A DNA stretch of 40,838 nucleotides from a virus (IMGVR_UViG_3300032239_000780:1-40838), one strand, 5' to 3'. Positions 1 to 11,624 are shown, numbered from the stretch's first letter. A program made the numbers and translations. The notes: generated from the sequence alone by a model not told the origin.

Positions 1-1
1 G

Positions 2-3000
2 TCTACCACTATTATTGCTCCTGCGTCTACTGCTACTACAGGTTCACCATCGTCATCATCTGGTAAGCCAACCACGGAAACAAATGCACAACCTGTAACT
101 AAACCTGCAGATAAAACAGAAAATGGGCCTAGCGCGGAATCCACTACACAGTCAGAAACAGAAAAAGCGCAAACTCCTGCTGAACAACCTAAGTCACAAG
201 AGGCTACGCCTAAAGAAGCTGGCAAAAGCACACCTACAGTTGGTGATAAATCAGCCAAAACTGTGCAACCAAGTGAATATACAAACTGGGGTTACGGAGA
301 AGAATTTAAGCAACGTATTGATGACGACCGATTGCCACCAGAAATGCGATCTGATCGAAGAGTCAAAAAAAATGGGCAAGTTAATCCTTACTATCAAATG
401 ACTAAAGGTGAGGAAGTAACACGCCAAGGCAATATTGGCAATATAGTGGCTTTCCCAGGCATTGTTAGTAATACATTTAAGCGACTAAAAACTGCATTTG
501 ACTTAAATGTCAAAGACAAAGATGGCAACATTACTAAATGGAATATCGAAGTTAAAAGTGGCGTAAAAGACAAGAAATTTGGGCAAGCAGAATTTAAAAC
601 GCTTCTTATGGAGGAGTGGGGTCAATCGGCAACTCAAGCTGACGTATTGTCAAAGTATGTTGATCGATGGGCTGTAGGTTGGGCTAAAGATATTGCTAGG
701 TTGAGTGGTTACAACGTAAACATAATAGCCCGTGCTTTGCGAATTGAAGGTATTGATCCTCCAAGTGGTGAAGCTTGGCAAGCATGGAAATCTAATTATC
801 GTGAACAGCAAGTTCTCAATCCTACAAAAGCTAATAAAGAATTAATAGCAAAGCTTGTTACTGTATTTTATACAGAACGACTTGGAGGTATTGCTGGCCT
901 ATCGGCTGAGCAAACCGCTTCAATAGGGCGACCAGGTGCTACATTTACGTTGCAAGGCAATACTGGTCAAATAATGCATGTTGCGTTGGCCATGCGTGGC
1001 AAAATGAACTACGTCACGCAAGTGCATGAGGTAAATCACCTTCTTGTCAGATCACTGTACGGCCCTATGTATCACGAGATTGCTGCAGCAGTTCGTGAGT
1101 CATATGTAATATCTGGTAATCAACAACGCAACACAAGACAAATTACTCCTGACGTAGAAGAACAAATAGTAACAAGTTTAACTAATGCGTTGTTTAAGAG
1201 TGACGATGTAAACAAGGTATTAAAAGAAGCTTTTAAAGAAGGTGGAGCGAGTAACGATCATACATTAAATGCTTTATTTAACTCCATTGGTCAGCAGATG
1301 CGTGAGTCTGCTGGCATGGAACATAGCCCACTAGCCAATGACATTGCCAATAATCCAGGTTGGTCTGTTGCGTTTGATAAAACTAAACAAACGGCAGCTA
1401 GTACCCCTATTGTTTATCAACCATCTAAAGGTACATATTTTGATGGAACACTAAAACAAGACTTCAATCCAGCTCAAGACAAAAGTGTCTCTATTATTTT
1501 TAAAGACAGTGATGGCAAAGAAGTTGAAAGCACAGTTGATCCTGAAACACTATTTATTGGACAAATAGAAACTAAACTTTCAGAAGGTGCACAAAAAATT
1601 GTTGCACGTTGGTTAGGTCACTGGCATGACTGGACAGTTCAAAACATTAAAGAATATGTACCAGAAATTAAATCTGAATCTTTTGATCCTGTAACAAATT
1701 TGGATATTGTTCGCAAAAACGTTGGATACAACTGGTGGAGAAATGTACAGGAGTATAAATCAAAAGTATCCGGTTTAAATGATTCTAAATGGACTGCCGA
1801 ACGCATACGTGCCCGTGCTTTTTACAGTTATCTTGGTTGGCTTGATTTCAATAACAATGATTTGGCTACTGGGTACGATAATTTCCTGCCGTACAGTGAC
1901 TTGTCCGCACAAGAACGAATACCTCGTGGTACAGAAAAACGTCCAATTACGATCACGTCAGCTCATGATGCAGCCGATATGGCCAACGCACTCACGACAT
2001 TAATCGAAAAAGAAAAAGCCGACCTAGAACAAAAAAAGAAAGATGACGCTGCAGCTGCCGAGCAAACACAGAAAGATAGAGAAGCTGCGGAAGAAAAAGC
2101 GAAAGAAGACGCAGAAAAGGCCAAAGCTGAACAACAAGCCAAATACGAAGCAGCTAAAGCTAAAGGTGAAGCGTTAGCTGCTGCTAAAAAAGCAAAGCAA
2201 GATGCTGAGAATCAAGCTGCCGGAAAAACACCAGAACAAACAGAAGAGTTGGATAAAGCAATTAAACTTGCAACGTCCAAACTTACAACATTAAACAAGC
2301 AAATTACGGTACAAGTTGATAAAGCTCTAAAGGATTTTGATGGTCTTTTATCCGCCGGTAAAGTTGATGACGCTAGAAGTCTTGTACAAGATGTAATTGC
2401 GTTTATTGATGGCAAAGCTTCTGTGGCTACTGCAGAACATAAATCTATTATGGATTTAGGAGGTATTCTTCCAGAATCTTTAATCAATCATGGACGCAAT
2501 GAACAAGAACGCGTATTGACTACAACTGAACAAAAAATTAAAGATGCGACAGAAGTCAAGGTTGAAGCAGCTAAACAACTGTCCGACATTACATTGGATC
2601 AGTTGAAAAAAGAAGCAGAAGAAAATTTTGACGAAGATATATTTGGTGCTGCCGGTGGTGAATTCTCTGGTATGTCTACGTTTATCCGTAGCAAAGACAG
2701 CACTCCTGATTCAAATGCGTTGGTCATTCCTAGTACAGGTAAAAGCTGGGAAGATCCAACAATTAAAATCATTAATGATCATATTGAACGCCTGACAAAA
2801 ACGCCTGAAGTTAATCAGGAACGCCTCAAAGACAAACTGTTGGCGGATTTACTTCAATCTAGAGTTGCTAGTGTAAAAATTAATGTACGCATTAAAGATC
2901 GCGCATTGTACTCTACTGATTTTCAATATGTAGGTGGCAACCCAATTCGTGTTAGTGTAAATAAAATCCAACCTACCGAAAAAGCTAGTGATATACAGCA

Positions 3001-6000
3001 ATCTACCTACGCTAACGTGGCAAGTGGATTACGTCAATTATTTAGATCTGTGCGATTTACGCCTAACGGTATTGTTATTACTACCAATCGAGATGGGTAT
3101 TTGCAATCCGTCACAATGGATGCACAATCGTTTTACAAAGAAATTAACCGTGAAATTGAACGACAGTCAGAAGCTGGTATTACTGAGTATTTAAGAACAA
3201 CTGGACAAGCAGATAGTTATTACAACCGCGTGATGAAATTGTTGCGCGAAAGTGATTACAATCAAAATGCGGTTGTTGACATTATGGTTAGTGATTCTGC
3301 TTATGCCAACTGGACTAAAACTAAAGATCGTAATTACATTGATGTAAAAGATTTGACGGTTGCAAATTCAGGTTTACCACAATCAATGATTGCAGATTTA
3401 AAAAAAATTACGACGTCAGATGAGTTGCATAAATACATTGAGAATAACGAACACCAGTTAATGGCAAGCCCAATGTTTTTGCACATTATTCGAGCAAAGA
3501 ATGACACCAATTCAATATGGAGGAATAAAGGTGCATCTATACCGGATGTTAAGTGGAGCACTGCTCAATACGATCGTATTAATCGAGATGTAAACGAACG
3601 TTTGAATGTAACTAGTTTAAAAGTTGATCAGAATATAGATGATGCAGACTTTGTCGAACCTATGGCAAAAGCGTCTAGTAATATTGAACGCATGATGGCT
3701 AGTTCGCATTTGAATGGAAACGACATTGACACAGAAGTTGGTTTGACTGAAGATGAGAAAAACATATTTGACATTACTAAAAACTTACTAAGTAGTGATG
3801 AGTATTTTGACAATCTTGTAGATAGCCGTATACGTTATGTTGAAAGCGTTATGCAACCTAAGCATACGCTTGATTCATTACTTGATTTAGCGACAGATCG
3901 ACGCAAATTAGTAATGATGTACAAGGAAGATTTAGCATTTGCAAAAACAAATGGTGATAAAGATGCACAAGACAAAGCATTGGAACTGGTTAGAGCAGCT
4001 GAAGAATCTTTAGGTAACGTAAATGGTGCAATTAAAAGGCGTCGTGATGCTGCGCGATTGCAAACACAACAAGATGTAGACGCAATGGACAATGTATTTG
4101 AAGTTTTGTCTCACATTAATGATGACCAAATATTTAAATTTTTTGATCCAAGTAATACGGAACAACGTAATAAAATTACAAGGCTGGCTAATGAAACTGC
4201 ACAAGGCGTACCGCAATTATATGGAACGTTGCAAAAAACAGGTTTACCGGAAATTCTGCATGAAATTAAAAATCGTATTGAGGATCATTTAGATTCTAAT
4301 GACGAGCAGTCATACATGGATTCATATAGAACGTATGCGCGAGCATTAGGAAACATTAGTAATGCGTTCAAAGCAGCCCATGAAACATACGATAGAACGA
4401 GAGAAATACCAACACTTGGCAATTTAACTTCAAGATACGTTGATTTTCAATCCGGTCTTACCGTTCAAGAAGCAGTTATATTGGATGCAAGACGTATCAA
4501 TATGCAAGCATACAGGCTAGGTAGTAATCAGTCGTTAAGCGATTCAGATTTACAAGCTTTGATTGGTGTTGGTAGTGCAAAATACAACGATTCATTGTAT
4601 TTGTCTCCTACTGAGCAAGCTAAGAATACGGAAATTATTGAACAATTAACTAAACAGAATAACGGAGTTCGCCCAAGTCAAGCTGCACTACTTGCACATC
4701 CAGACTATACAAACCCGGCAACTAAATTAATCAATAGGATGAATGGATTGGAAACCAATTCGTTAATTGGTGATTCAGCAAAGATTCGTCTTGGAGAAGA
4801 AACGTTTAAACGGCATTACAATGTGTTGCGTGATTTGTTCAAAATTTTAAACACTAAAGTTGAAAGTAAAAATGGCGACAAAGAAACAACTAAAAGTGTA
4901 GACGATATCTTGTTTGCGAAAGGTAATCATTTTACAATCGCTGAAAAGACATGGATGTTGATGAATCTTGTCGATGATTTAACTGTTGGGAAAATACCGC
5001 CGAGTAGTGCAAAATTTAAACATGTTGAAGCTGCACGTGACGCCATGGCCAATGGCTTGGGTGTAGATACCCCAGGTGTTAAGACTAAAGGTCAGTTACA
5101 ACAACAAGCTAAAAACTTACGTTTATTTAGAAAACATGTAGCTGAGTCAATGGTTATGCCAGTACAGCGTGATTATGTTGGCACACGCCCTGGTGGTGTT
5201 GTAGAAGTAACTACAACAACACATAAAGACACAGAAGCTTTTGCTAAAGCCATTATTGAATTTGTCGTCAATAAAGATAAAGAATCCATTTTGAATCAAA
5301 CTGTATACAGTCGCAATGGGTTCTATCAAAAACTTATTAAACGCATTAATGATGCAATTAAATTTGATAAAAACGCACGTAAAGCGTTCGGTAATGTCCG
5401 AACTGTGTTGTCAGATGCAGAACTGTTTGCATTGGCCGACGCATATGACACGGGTGATGTAAAGTACACACCATGGGAGAAGTATGCGTTTGTCAAAACA
5501 ATGATTGACAAACGAGATTCAGCAATTAATTCACCATTAAAAGAATGGTTGGCATCAAACGCTAAAGTCAAAAATGCATTGACTGTAGCTGATTTAAATA
5601 CTTATTTAGATCAAGCTAGTGAATTAAGTGAATATGACAAACGAGCATTTATTGGAATATTTGCCAATAGTTTGTCTGCTAATATGTCGCACCTTAAACG
5701 TTACGCGATGTTAACAGGTCATCTTCCAGATGTGTCAGATTTAAAATACATATCAGAAGTAACTGGTGCATCAGTTGAGAAGTTGCAACAAGAATATGAA
5801 GCCGTTAGTAGTTTGTTTGCATCTGTTGGATACGAATCGCTTTCAAATCACATAATGGGTTCTCAAATTAATGTCACACATTTTAATCGAACGAGAGAAT
5901 CTGTACATACGCACGGTATTTTTGTAAATGCTAGTCCGGCTGAATTACAAGGTATTCATGCTTTTACAAGGCAAACGTGGATTGATTTAGAGTCCGTATT

Positions 6001-9000
6001 GGGTGAACATTACGCTATTACATCTGGTGATCCAAATGATTTCACACCGGGCAGCTACGATGCATTAGCAACACCAACACGGCTTAGAAGTGCAGTAATG
6101 GCAACTAAACTTGCCGACATGATTTGGGGTAAACAGCTCAGTGGAAGATCAATTCAAGGAGCTGATCGCATTGCTTTGGTTTCTAGTAAGATGCCGGCAG
6201 CAAATCAAAGTAAATCTGTAAACAGTAAATTAGCCAGTTCTATGACGCCAGAATCTAGAATGGCAGCTCATGTACATAACACGTCTGAAAGTTCTATGAC
6301 CAAAGTGTTGCGAGATGTGTTGCAAGGCGAAGGATTATCAACAATCAACGAATCGTTAAAACGATTTACTCTTGGTAAGTTTTTAACAATGTATCGACGA
6401 GCTGATGGCGCATTGCCATCACAAGCCGAAGCATTTAAAGCTTATGAGGCAGAGTATGCACGTGTAATTTTAGCAGCAAGAGAAGAAATGGTACGTAGTG
6501 TAAATGACACTACATATGATTCTTATGATTACAATCCTGCCAAAAAATCTGACGGATCATTGGATTACAGTAAAGTTGCTGTTTACGACCGAATATTGAA
6601 ACGTAATGTTTACGAAATCGATTACGTCAATGGTCGTGTGTTTGAGATAGAAGGTGTTGGTAAAAAAGCTGTACGTAAACCAATAACGATTGGCAAGTCA
6701 AACGAGAATGGCACAACGCAGTTGCATCAATTGTTGGCTGATGCATTGTTTGTTGGAGCTTCTGACAGCACCAAGCAAAAATATATGCCGGTTGTTTTGC
6801 AGTCGGCAGTTAACACGCCATCGTTAAATCCTGTACCTGCGGTGTATTGGCACGGTCGCTACCGCGTTAATATGCAAAACGACGGTGTAGCTGCATCTGA
6901 ACCAATGTATATGTCTACATTGATCAACAAACCCAAACAAGTGTTTGATAGCGTTGGATCCTTCGATACAGATACGGAAAACGGATACATCAAACCTGTA
7001 TTGCAACGATGGACAATGCCGGATGTTACAGGCAACACACGTATTCGTGTGGATAACGAAGGTTTGCCTTACTTTGATGGTGCCGGTTACACCGTAACCA
7101 CAAAAGAAGGCCACAGATCCGGTTTATTTACAAACTTAATTGCTAATGGATTAACAAAAGAAAAGGCACTGTCCATTTACGCAATGACTGAACATCCTCA
7201 ATTCAAAAACTGGGTTGCTGGAGATTTGATTGAAAACGCATCACTACGTAGAGGCACTAGTTTTGTTGACCAAGGACGTGTAGTAGACGCTGCTACGTAT
7301 AGCAAAGTCAACAAAGTTATTGCACTTCATGAGTTTGTCAAAGCTGTCAATAAGTATATGGATTCCCCAACTCAAAATAATCTTGAAATGGTTGAACACA
7401 CATATGATGAAACGGAAATGGGGCGTCACCTAACTGATTCCGAACTCAAAGCAAAAGCAAAATCAATAGTTTCGACACAGTTAGATTCGTTGGCGTATAT
7501 TAAAACAGCCACTGATCTAGCATCATCTATCACGACGCCAGAAATTGATTACCATGTAAAACCGTATCTAGCTCAACGTGAAAGCGAGAAGGACATAACA
7601 ACTGGAAAACCATTTACGTCGCTTGTTTTTGAAGATACATCAAACACCTTTATGAATATGGACGCACCAGGTTTAAGGACATATGACCTTGGTAGTGGGC
7701 TGGGTAGCAATTCCAATCGACGCAATCAACCATACTTTGTTCGAGTTTTTAACCCGTACGTACACGATGCTATGGAAAACGGTGTTGCATGGAATGACAT
7801 GCAAGACATTGTAAAAAAAGCAATAGCAGATGGCCATGACGGATTGGTTGTTACAAATTTACGTCCAAACTTATTAAATTCGGAACGACGTAATCTGGTT
7901 TACACATTTGATGATTCCAACGTCAAACCTATTGACCAGATGGGTGACATGACATACAGCGCATCAGTTCAAGCAACGGAAGCAGCTGTCACACCAATGT
8001 TTATGAATGCTCCAATGTGGGCGCCAGTAACAACAAAGGTAATTCCAGTTGCATCATCTGCTGTATTTGTACAACCTCCAAAGACAGCAAAAGAAATTGC
8101 TGGTGACATTCTTGGTTATTCGGCCGACGTTGCGCAAGGCGTTGCGCGATTCCCACTATCTCTTGACTTTGCATTTGTAGGTATTCAAGGTGCTAAAGCT
8201 TTAATGGGTGTTTTGACTGGACGTCCATACGATACTTGGTTTGCAGTCAAAGCATTTGGATTATCAATGCAAGGCATGATGCCGAATACATCTATCACTT
8301 TGTTTGGCAAGAAAATTGGGTTTGACAAACTTGGTCGTAGAGCGTGGCTTAACGTGTATCAAGAAATGCGTAAGGATCCGTATTTCCAACTTATGCGTGA
8401 CATGAACGTGCCATTGCATTTTGTAAACTTTGAGAAGAACATTGAAACAAAACGCAAACAGATCTACCAAGAAAGTAATGGCAAAGTTAGATACGAAGAT
8501 ATTAAACTTGACATGCTTGACTTTGATGAACGCGGAAACATGACTGATTATTTTGAAAGGATCACGCCTACAACGTGGATTCCTTTGACAGGTATGTTTG
8601 AACGACAAATGTCGTTGAATCACGACTTGTTGTTGTTTAGTCAGATTAAATATCAATTGCAACACAACCCAATGTTCAAAGGTTTAACCAACGAACAGTT
8701 GTCAAAACGTCGAGACGTCAAGGCAATGATTAACTTCTTGGCAATGTCAGTTGGAGACGTTCAATACTCAACAAACGACAAGGTTGATGCAGCAGCTGGA
8801 CGCTGGGGTAAGTTTATTGCTGCAGCTCCGCGTTGGTATTTGTCCAACGTGTTGATGAATCCTGTTGTTAATCCCGCTGTAACAGCATTGTATAAAGCAG
8901 TTCCTGCTATTCGTAAATACATGGGTGAAAACCATCGTGGTGTCGGTTTATATGACTACAACTTATTGGAAAATCGAGCGTTATTGAAATACCAATTGTT

Positions 9001-9766
9001 GACTTACGTAGGCACCGCTGCATGGGGTTTGATGATTCCATATATGGCCGAATGGCTTGGTCGTCTGTTAGGTCGTGAGGACATAACAGGTGAAGAAGGA
9101 TTTGGTAAGTGGAGATTCGGTAACTGGAAGATGGCCGATAGCTCAGGTGTATGGGACTTCGTGAATACTTGGACATCTACGCATGAACGTATGGTCAAAG
9201 GGCAATTCCAGCCATTGCCAAAACCTGGTGATAAAAAATCCACAATAGATTGGCTGTCACAAGTAAGTTCGCCAACGTTGTATAAATTATCGCCAGTTAT
9301 CACAAAGTTGATTCAAACATATACAGGTGTCGATGTAATTGGACGGCCAGTTTACGAAAATGACTATGAATGGATGAAGTTCTACGAGAAATTCTTCTCA
9401 CCGTTGGTCAAGGAAAAGTTTGGTGTTGATCTTGGCGTCAAACCTTTTGTACGAGGTTTGTATACAACGTCGTTGTCGCCAACGTCGTGGACTGCTATGT
9501 ATAAAACGTATTACGAGGCAGACTGGCAAACACAAGGAAACATGCCGACATACGCTTCGGATCAAGCATTGAAGCAATTTGTTGCTGCTGCTTTAGGATC
9601 CAGAGCTGATTATGACCAACATGTACCACAAGCATTCCAAGGTCAATATCGTGCAATGCAAAAGATGAAGAGGTTGAACTATACGGGGCCAACAATGATT
9701 GACATCATCAACGACCCCAATAAGCACATCATTCCTCGAATGCTAACAGGTGAAGATAAGTTTTAA
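2..9766 (+). CDS. Giant virion/ejection-type (polyvalent-like) protein, 5'-truncated by the window edge
   Basis: The frame of ORF 263..9766 is open back to position 2 (STTIIAPASTAT...). It carries an HEVNH (HExxH) motif at 1025-1039, an Ala/Lys/Glu coiled-coil at about 2000-2250, and ART-PolyVal-like motifs at about 7190-7935. Confidence 0.75.
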   Translation, partial: STTIIAPASTATTGSPSSSSGKPTTETNAQPVTKPADKTENGPSAESTTQSETEKAQTPAEQPKSQEATPKEAGKSTPTVGDKSAKTVQPSEYTNWGYGEEFKQRIDDDRLPPEMRSDRRVKKNGQVNPYYQMTKGEEVTRQGNIGNIVAFPGIVSNTFKRLKTAFDLNVKDKDGNITKWNIEVKSGVKDKKFGQAEFKTLLMEEWGQSATQADVLSKYVDRWAVGWAKDIARLSGYNVNIIARALRIEGIDPPSGEAWQAWKSNYREQQVLNPTKANKELIAKLVTVFYTERLGGIAGLSAEQTASIGRPGATFTLQGNTGQIMHVALAMRGKMNYVTQVHEVNHLLVRSLYGPMYHEIAAAVRESYVISGNQQRNTRQITPDVEEQIVTSLTNALFKSDDVNKVLKEAFKEGGASNDHTLNALFNSIGQQMRESAGMEHSPLANDIANNPGWSVAFDKTKQTAASTPIVYQPSKGTYFDGTLKQDFNPAQDKSVSIIFKDSDGKEVESTVDPETLFIGQIETKLSEGAQKIVARWLGHWHDWTVQNIKEYVPEIKSESFDPVTNLDIVRKNVGYNWWRNVQEYKSKVSGLNDSKWTAERIRARAFYSYLGWLDFNNNDLATGYDNFLPYSDLSAQERIPRGTEKRPITITSAHDAADMANALTTLIEKEKADLEQKKKDDAAAAEQTQKDREAAEEKAKEDAEKAKAEQQAKYEAAKAKGEALAAAKKAKQDAENQAAGKTPEQTEELDKAIKLATSKLTTLNKQITVQVDKALKDFDGLLSAGKVDDARSLVQDVIAFIDGKASVATAEHKSIMDLGGILPESLINHGRNEQERVLTTTEQKIKDATEVKVEAAKQLSDITLDQLKKEAEENFDEDIFGAAGGEFSGMSTFIRSKDSTPDSNALVIPSTGKSWEDPTIKIINDHIERLTKTPEVNQERLKDKLLADLLQSRVASVKINVRIKDRALYSTDFQYVGGNPIRVSVNKIQPTEKASDIQQSTYANVASGLRQLFRSVRFTPNGIVITTNRDGYLQSVTMDAQSFYKEINREIERQSEAGITEYLRTTGQADSYYNRVMKLLRESDYNQNAVVDIMVSDSAYANWTKTKDRNYIDVKDLTVANSGLPQSMIADLKKITTSDELHKYIENNEHQLMASPMFLHIIRAKNDTNSIWRNKGASIPDVKWSTAQYDRINRDVNERLNVTSLKVDQNIDDADFVEPMAKASSNIERMMASSHLNGNDIDTEVGLTEDEKNIFDITKNLLSSDEYFDNLVDSRIRYVESVMQPKHTLDSLLDLATDRRKLVMMYKEDLAFAKTNGDKDAQDKALELVRAAEESLGNVNGAIKRRRDAARLQTQQDVDAMDNVFEVLSHINDDQIFKFFDPSNTEQRNKITRLANETAQGVPQLYGTLQKTGLPEILHEIKNRIEDHLDSNDEQSYMDSYRTYARALGNISNAFKAAHETYDRTREIPTLGNLTSRYVDFQSGLTVQEAVILDARRINMQAYRLGSNQSLSDSDLQALIGVGSAKYNDSLYLSPTEQAKNTEIIEQLTKQNNGVRPSQAALLAHPDYTNPATKLINRMNGLETNSLIGDSAKIRLGEETFKRHYNVLRDLFKILNTKVESKNGDKETTKSVDDILFAKGNHFTIAEKTWMLMNLVDDLTVGKIPPSSAKFKHVEAARDAMANGLGVDTPGVKTKGQLQQQAKNLRLFRKHVAESMVMPVQRDYVGTRPGGVVEVTTTTHKDTEAFAKAIIEFVVNKDKESILNQTVYSRNGFYQKLIKRINDAIKFDKNARKAFGNVRTVLSDAELFALADAYDTGDVKYTPWEKYAFVKTMIDKRDSAINSPLKEWLASNAKVKNALTVADLNTYLDQASELSEYDKRAFIGIFANSLSANMSHLKRYAMLTGHLPDVSDLKYISEVTGASVEKLQQEYEAVSSLFASVGYESLSNHIMGSQINVTHFNRTRESVHTHGIFVNASPAELQGIHAFTRQTWIDLESVLGEHYAITSGDPNDFTPGSYDALATPTRLRSAVMATKLADMIWGKQLSGRSIQGADRIALVSSKMPAANQSKSVNSKLASSMTPESRMAAHVHNTSESSMTKVLRDVLQGEGLSTINESLKRFTLGKFLTMYRRADGALPSQAEAFKAYEAEYARVILAAREEMVRSVNDTTYDSYDYNPAKKSDGSLDYSKVAVYDRILKRNVYEIDYVNGRVFEIEGVGKKAVRKPITIGKSNENGTTQLHQLLADALFVGASDSTKQKYMPVVLQSAVNTPSLNPVPAVYWHGRYRVNMQNDGVAASEPMYMSTLINKPKQVFDSVGSFDTDTENGYIKPVLQRWTMPDVTGNTRIRVDNEGLPYFDGAGYTVTTKEGHRSGLFTNLIANGLTKEKALSIYAMTEHPQFKNWVAGDLIENASLRRGTSFVDQGRVVDAATYSKVNKVIALHEFVKAVNKYMDSPTQNNLEMVEHTYDETEMGRHLTDSELKAKAKSIVSTQLDSLAYIKTATDLASSITTPEIDYHVKPYLAQRESEKDITTGKPFTSLVFEDTSNTFMNMDAPGLRTYDLGSGLGSNSNRRNQPYFVRVFNPYVHDAMENGVAWNDMQDIVKKAIADGHDGLVVTNLRPNLLNSERRNLVYTFDDSNVKPIDQMGDMTYSASVQATEAAVTPMFMNAPMWAPVTTKVIPVASSAVFVQPPKTAKEIAGDILGYSADVAQGVARFPLSLDFAFVGIQGAKALMGVLTGRPYDTWFAVKAFGLSMQGMMPNTSITLFGKKIGFDKLGRRAWLNVYQEMRKDPYFQLMRDMNVPLHFVNFEKNIETKRKQIYQESNGKVRYEDIKLDMLDFDERGNMTDYFERITPTTWIPLTGMFERQMSLNHDLLLFSQIKYQLQHNPMFKGLTNEQLSKRRDVKAMINFLAMSVGDVQYSTNDKVDAAAGRWGKFIAAAPRWYLSNVLMNPVVNPAVTALYKAVPAIRKYMGENHRGVGLYDYNLLENRALLKYQLLTYVGTAAWGLMIPYMAEWLGRLLGREDITGEEGFGKWRFGNWKMADSSGVWDFVNTWTSTHERMVKGQFQPLPKPGDKKSTIDWLSQVSSPTLYKLSPVITKLIQTYTGVDVIGRPVYENDYEWMKFYEKFFSPLVKEKFGVDLGVKPFVRGLYTTSLSPTSWTAMYKTYYEADWQTQGNMPTYASDQALKQFVAAALGSRADYDQHVPQAFQGQYRAMQKMKRLNYTGPTMIDIINDPNKHIIPRMLTGEDKF

Positions 9767-10017
9767 TGACTGATTAGGCTATCGACGTCAACTACAAATG
9801 GCATCGGTAGCCCATTTGTTTTTAATACAGCGTATTCATCGTTAATGCGTACGTTTTGACATACAGTTGCTTCGCATATTTTTCCACGACTATTCGTGTA
9901 TTTTACTGTTGCGCTTTTGTTGATAAGTATCTGTTGTTGCTTCGCAGCCATTAACATAGCTGCAAGCAAAAACGTGATACTGCCACCGAGTATTACACCA
10001 AGAATTACCTCTAACAT
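9763..10017 (-). CDS. Small protein with N-terminal transmembrane helix
   Basis: Hydrophobic N-terminus (MLEVILGVILGGSITFLLAAML); coupled to the upstream gene; its stop overlaps the convergent giant gene stop. Confidence 0.7.
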   Translation of the reverse strand: MLEVILGVILGGSITFLLAAMLMAAKQQQILINKSATVKYTNSRGKICEATVCQNVRINDEYAVLKTNGLPMPFVVDVDSLISH

Positions 10018-10301
10018 TATTCGTCTCCTAAGTCGATTGTAACACCAGCTCCAAGGTCGACTTTGTTGTTATCTGCCCATTCTCCAAGTTCTTCGTAATT
10101 AACTTTAATTAATCCAAGTTTTAATGCTGCATGATTAATCGTGTTGACGTTGAGTACTTGAAATGCTTCACGAAGCAAAGTGTTGTGTTGATACTGTGTC
10201 AAGCATAACCGTTTACATGCAATGTTCTTGGATGGTGCAGTCAATGTAACGATGATTACCCATCGTTGCCACGGCGAAACTTTCTTGCGTTTTTGTTTCA
10301 T
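10017..10301 (-). CDS. Putative LuxR/GerE-like HTH protein
   Basis: KNIACKRLCLT...AFQVLNVNTINHAALKLGLI resembles a LuxR C-terminal HTH; ATGA overlap with dnaB. Confidence 0.5.
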   Translation of the reverse strand: MKQKRKKVSPWQRWVIIVTLTAPSKNIACKRLCLTQYQHNTLLREAFQVLNVNTINHAALKLGLIKVNYEELGEWADNNKVDLGAGVTIDLGDE

Positions 10302-11623
10302 AAACCTGAGTACACCATGTCCTCAAACTTTGCTAAATGCGGAATGAACGACAACTGTGTGCTTCCTACAGATCCGTTTCTGTTTTTAGATACGATGACC
10401 TCAGCATCCTCGGATTGTATTCCTTCGCGAGACGCCATGTCTGCGTAGTACATAGGTCGATACAGAAACATGACAACGTCGGCGTCAGATTCTAGGTCTC
10501 CGCTCTCACGCAAGTCCGACATCATTGGCCTCTTGTCATCTCTCTTCTCTACGCTTCTGGATAGTGATGAAAGCGCAACAACAGACACGTTTAGTTCCTT
10601 AGCCATACTCTTGAGTCCACGTGAAATAATGCCTATTTCACGCGTTCTGTTGTCAGATTTAGTACCCCCGTCGATCATCTGCAGGTAATCAACAAACACG
10701 ACCTTGAGATCTCTGTCCTTCTTGAGGCGTGTTACTCTTGCCCTTATCTCGCTTACGGTTATAGGTGACTTAGCTGAGACCATCAATGGCATACCAAGTA
10801 GATTAGCGCGAGCGCGACGTAAGTTATCTTGCTCGTGATCATAAAGTACGGAATTCGCTAACCGCTTGTTATCGATGCCGGTCATTAAGCTAAGTAGCCT
10901 ATGAGAAACCATCTGAGATGACATCTCGATAGAGATGTAAAGAGACGTATGTTGTTTCCTAGAAGCCCCAAGTGCCATCTGTAATGCAAGAGCAGATTTG
11001 CCCATACTTGGTCGTGCGCCGAGGATTACTAGTTCACCTGGGCGAAATCCGTTTAGGGCATCATCGAGATTCACAAACCCTGTTGTTACGCCAGCCATCT
11101 TGGATGTCTTGCGGTTAAGGATCTCATCGACTTCTGGGCCAACTATTTCTTCGACATGTGGTGAGTCGTCTACATGTCCAGATACCGAGCCAACATTGGA
11201 AACCCATTGATTGTAGAGATCCTCGGTTTCAATGTCTTCGTTAATGTTGGATATCAGGTATAAACTCTGCTCCATCAATCGGCGTCTGTCTGCAGCCTTT
11301 TTGACTAACTTTGCATATGTGACAACATGAGAGCTACTTGGTACAAAGTCTCCGACTTGCATAAGGTATGCAAGACCGCCGACATTATCGAGCATGTTGT
11401 TTTCAGTGAGTGCGGTCATTAATGACACAATATCTAACTCATCGCCAGCCTCGACTACCTCTTGCATTGCAGAGTAGATGCGTCCATTTGCTTCTCTGTA
11501 AAAGTCTACTCGTGAGACAATGTCACAGACGGATCCCCATGTTTGATAGTTGAGTAGGAGGGCACCCAGCAGAGACATTTCTGCTGGGATATCGTTGGGT
11601 GGGACAACTTTACTGATGTCCAT
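10298..11623 (-). CDS. dnaB: Replicative DNA helicase DnaB
   Basis: PPNDIPAEMSLLGALL N-terminus, Walker A GARPSMGKS, VFVDYLQ, RPMMSDLRESGDLESDADVV, KNRNG. Confidence 0.97.
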   Translation of the reverse strand: MDISKVVPPNDIPAEMSLLGALLLNYQTWGSVCDIVSRVDFYREANGRIYSAMQEVVEAGDELDIVSLMTALTENNMLDNVGGLAYLMQVGDFVPSSSHVVTYAKLVKKAADRRRLMEQSLYLISNINEDIETEDLYNQWVSNVGSVSGHVDDSPHVEEIVGPEVDEILNRKTSKMAGVTTGFVNLDDALNGFRPGELVILGARPSMGKSALALQMALGASRKQHTSLYISIEMSSQMVSHRLLSLMTGIDNKRLANSVLYDHEQDNLRRARANLLGMPLMVSAKSPITVSEIRARVTRLKKDRDLKVVFVDYLQMIDGGTKSDNRTREIGIISRGLKSMAKELNVSVVALSSLSRSVEKRDDKRPMMSDLRESGDLESDADVVMFLYRPMYYADMASREGIQSEDAEVIVSKNRNGSVGSTQLSFIPHLAKFEDMVYSGL

Positions 11624-11624
11624 G

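Noticed and set aside
123-9695. Short ORFs overlapping or antisense to the giant gene
   Set aside because: Shadow ORFs with no SD or recognisable motifs.
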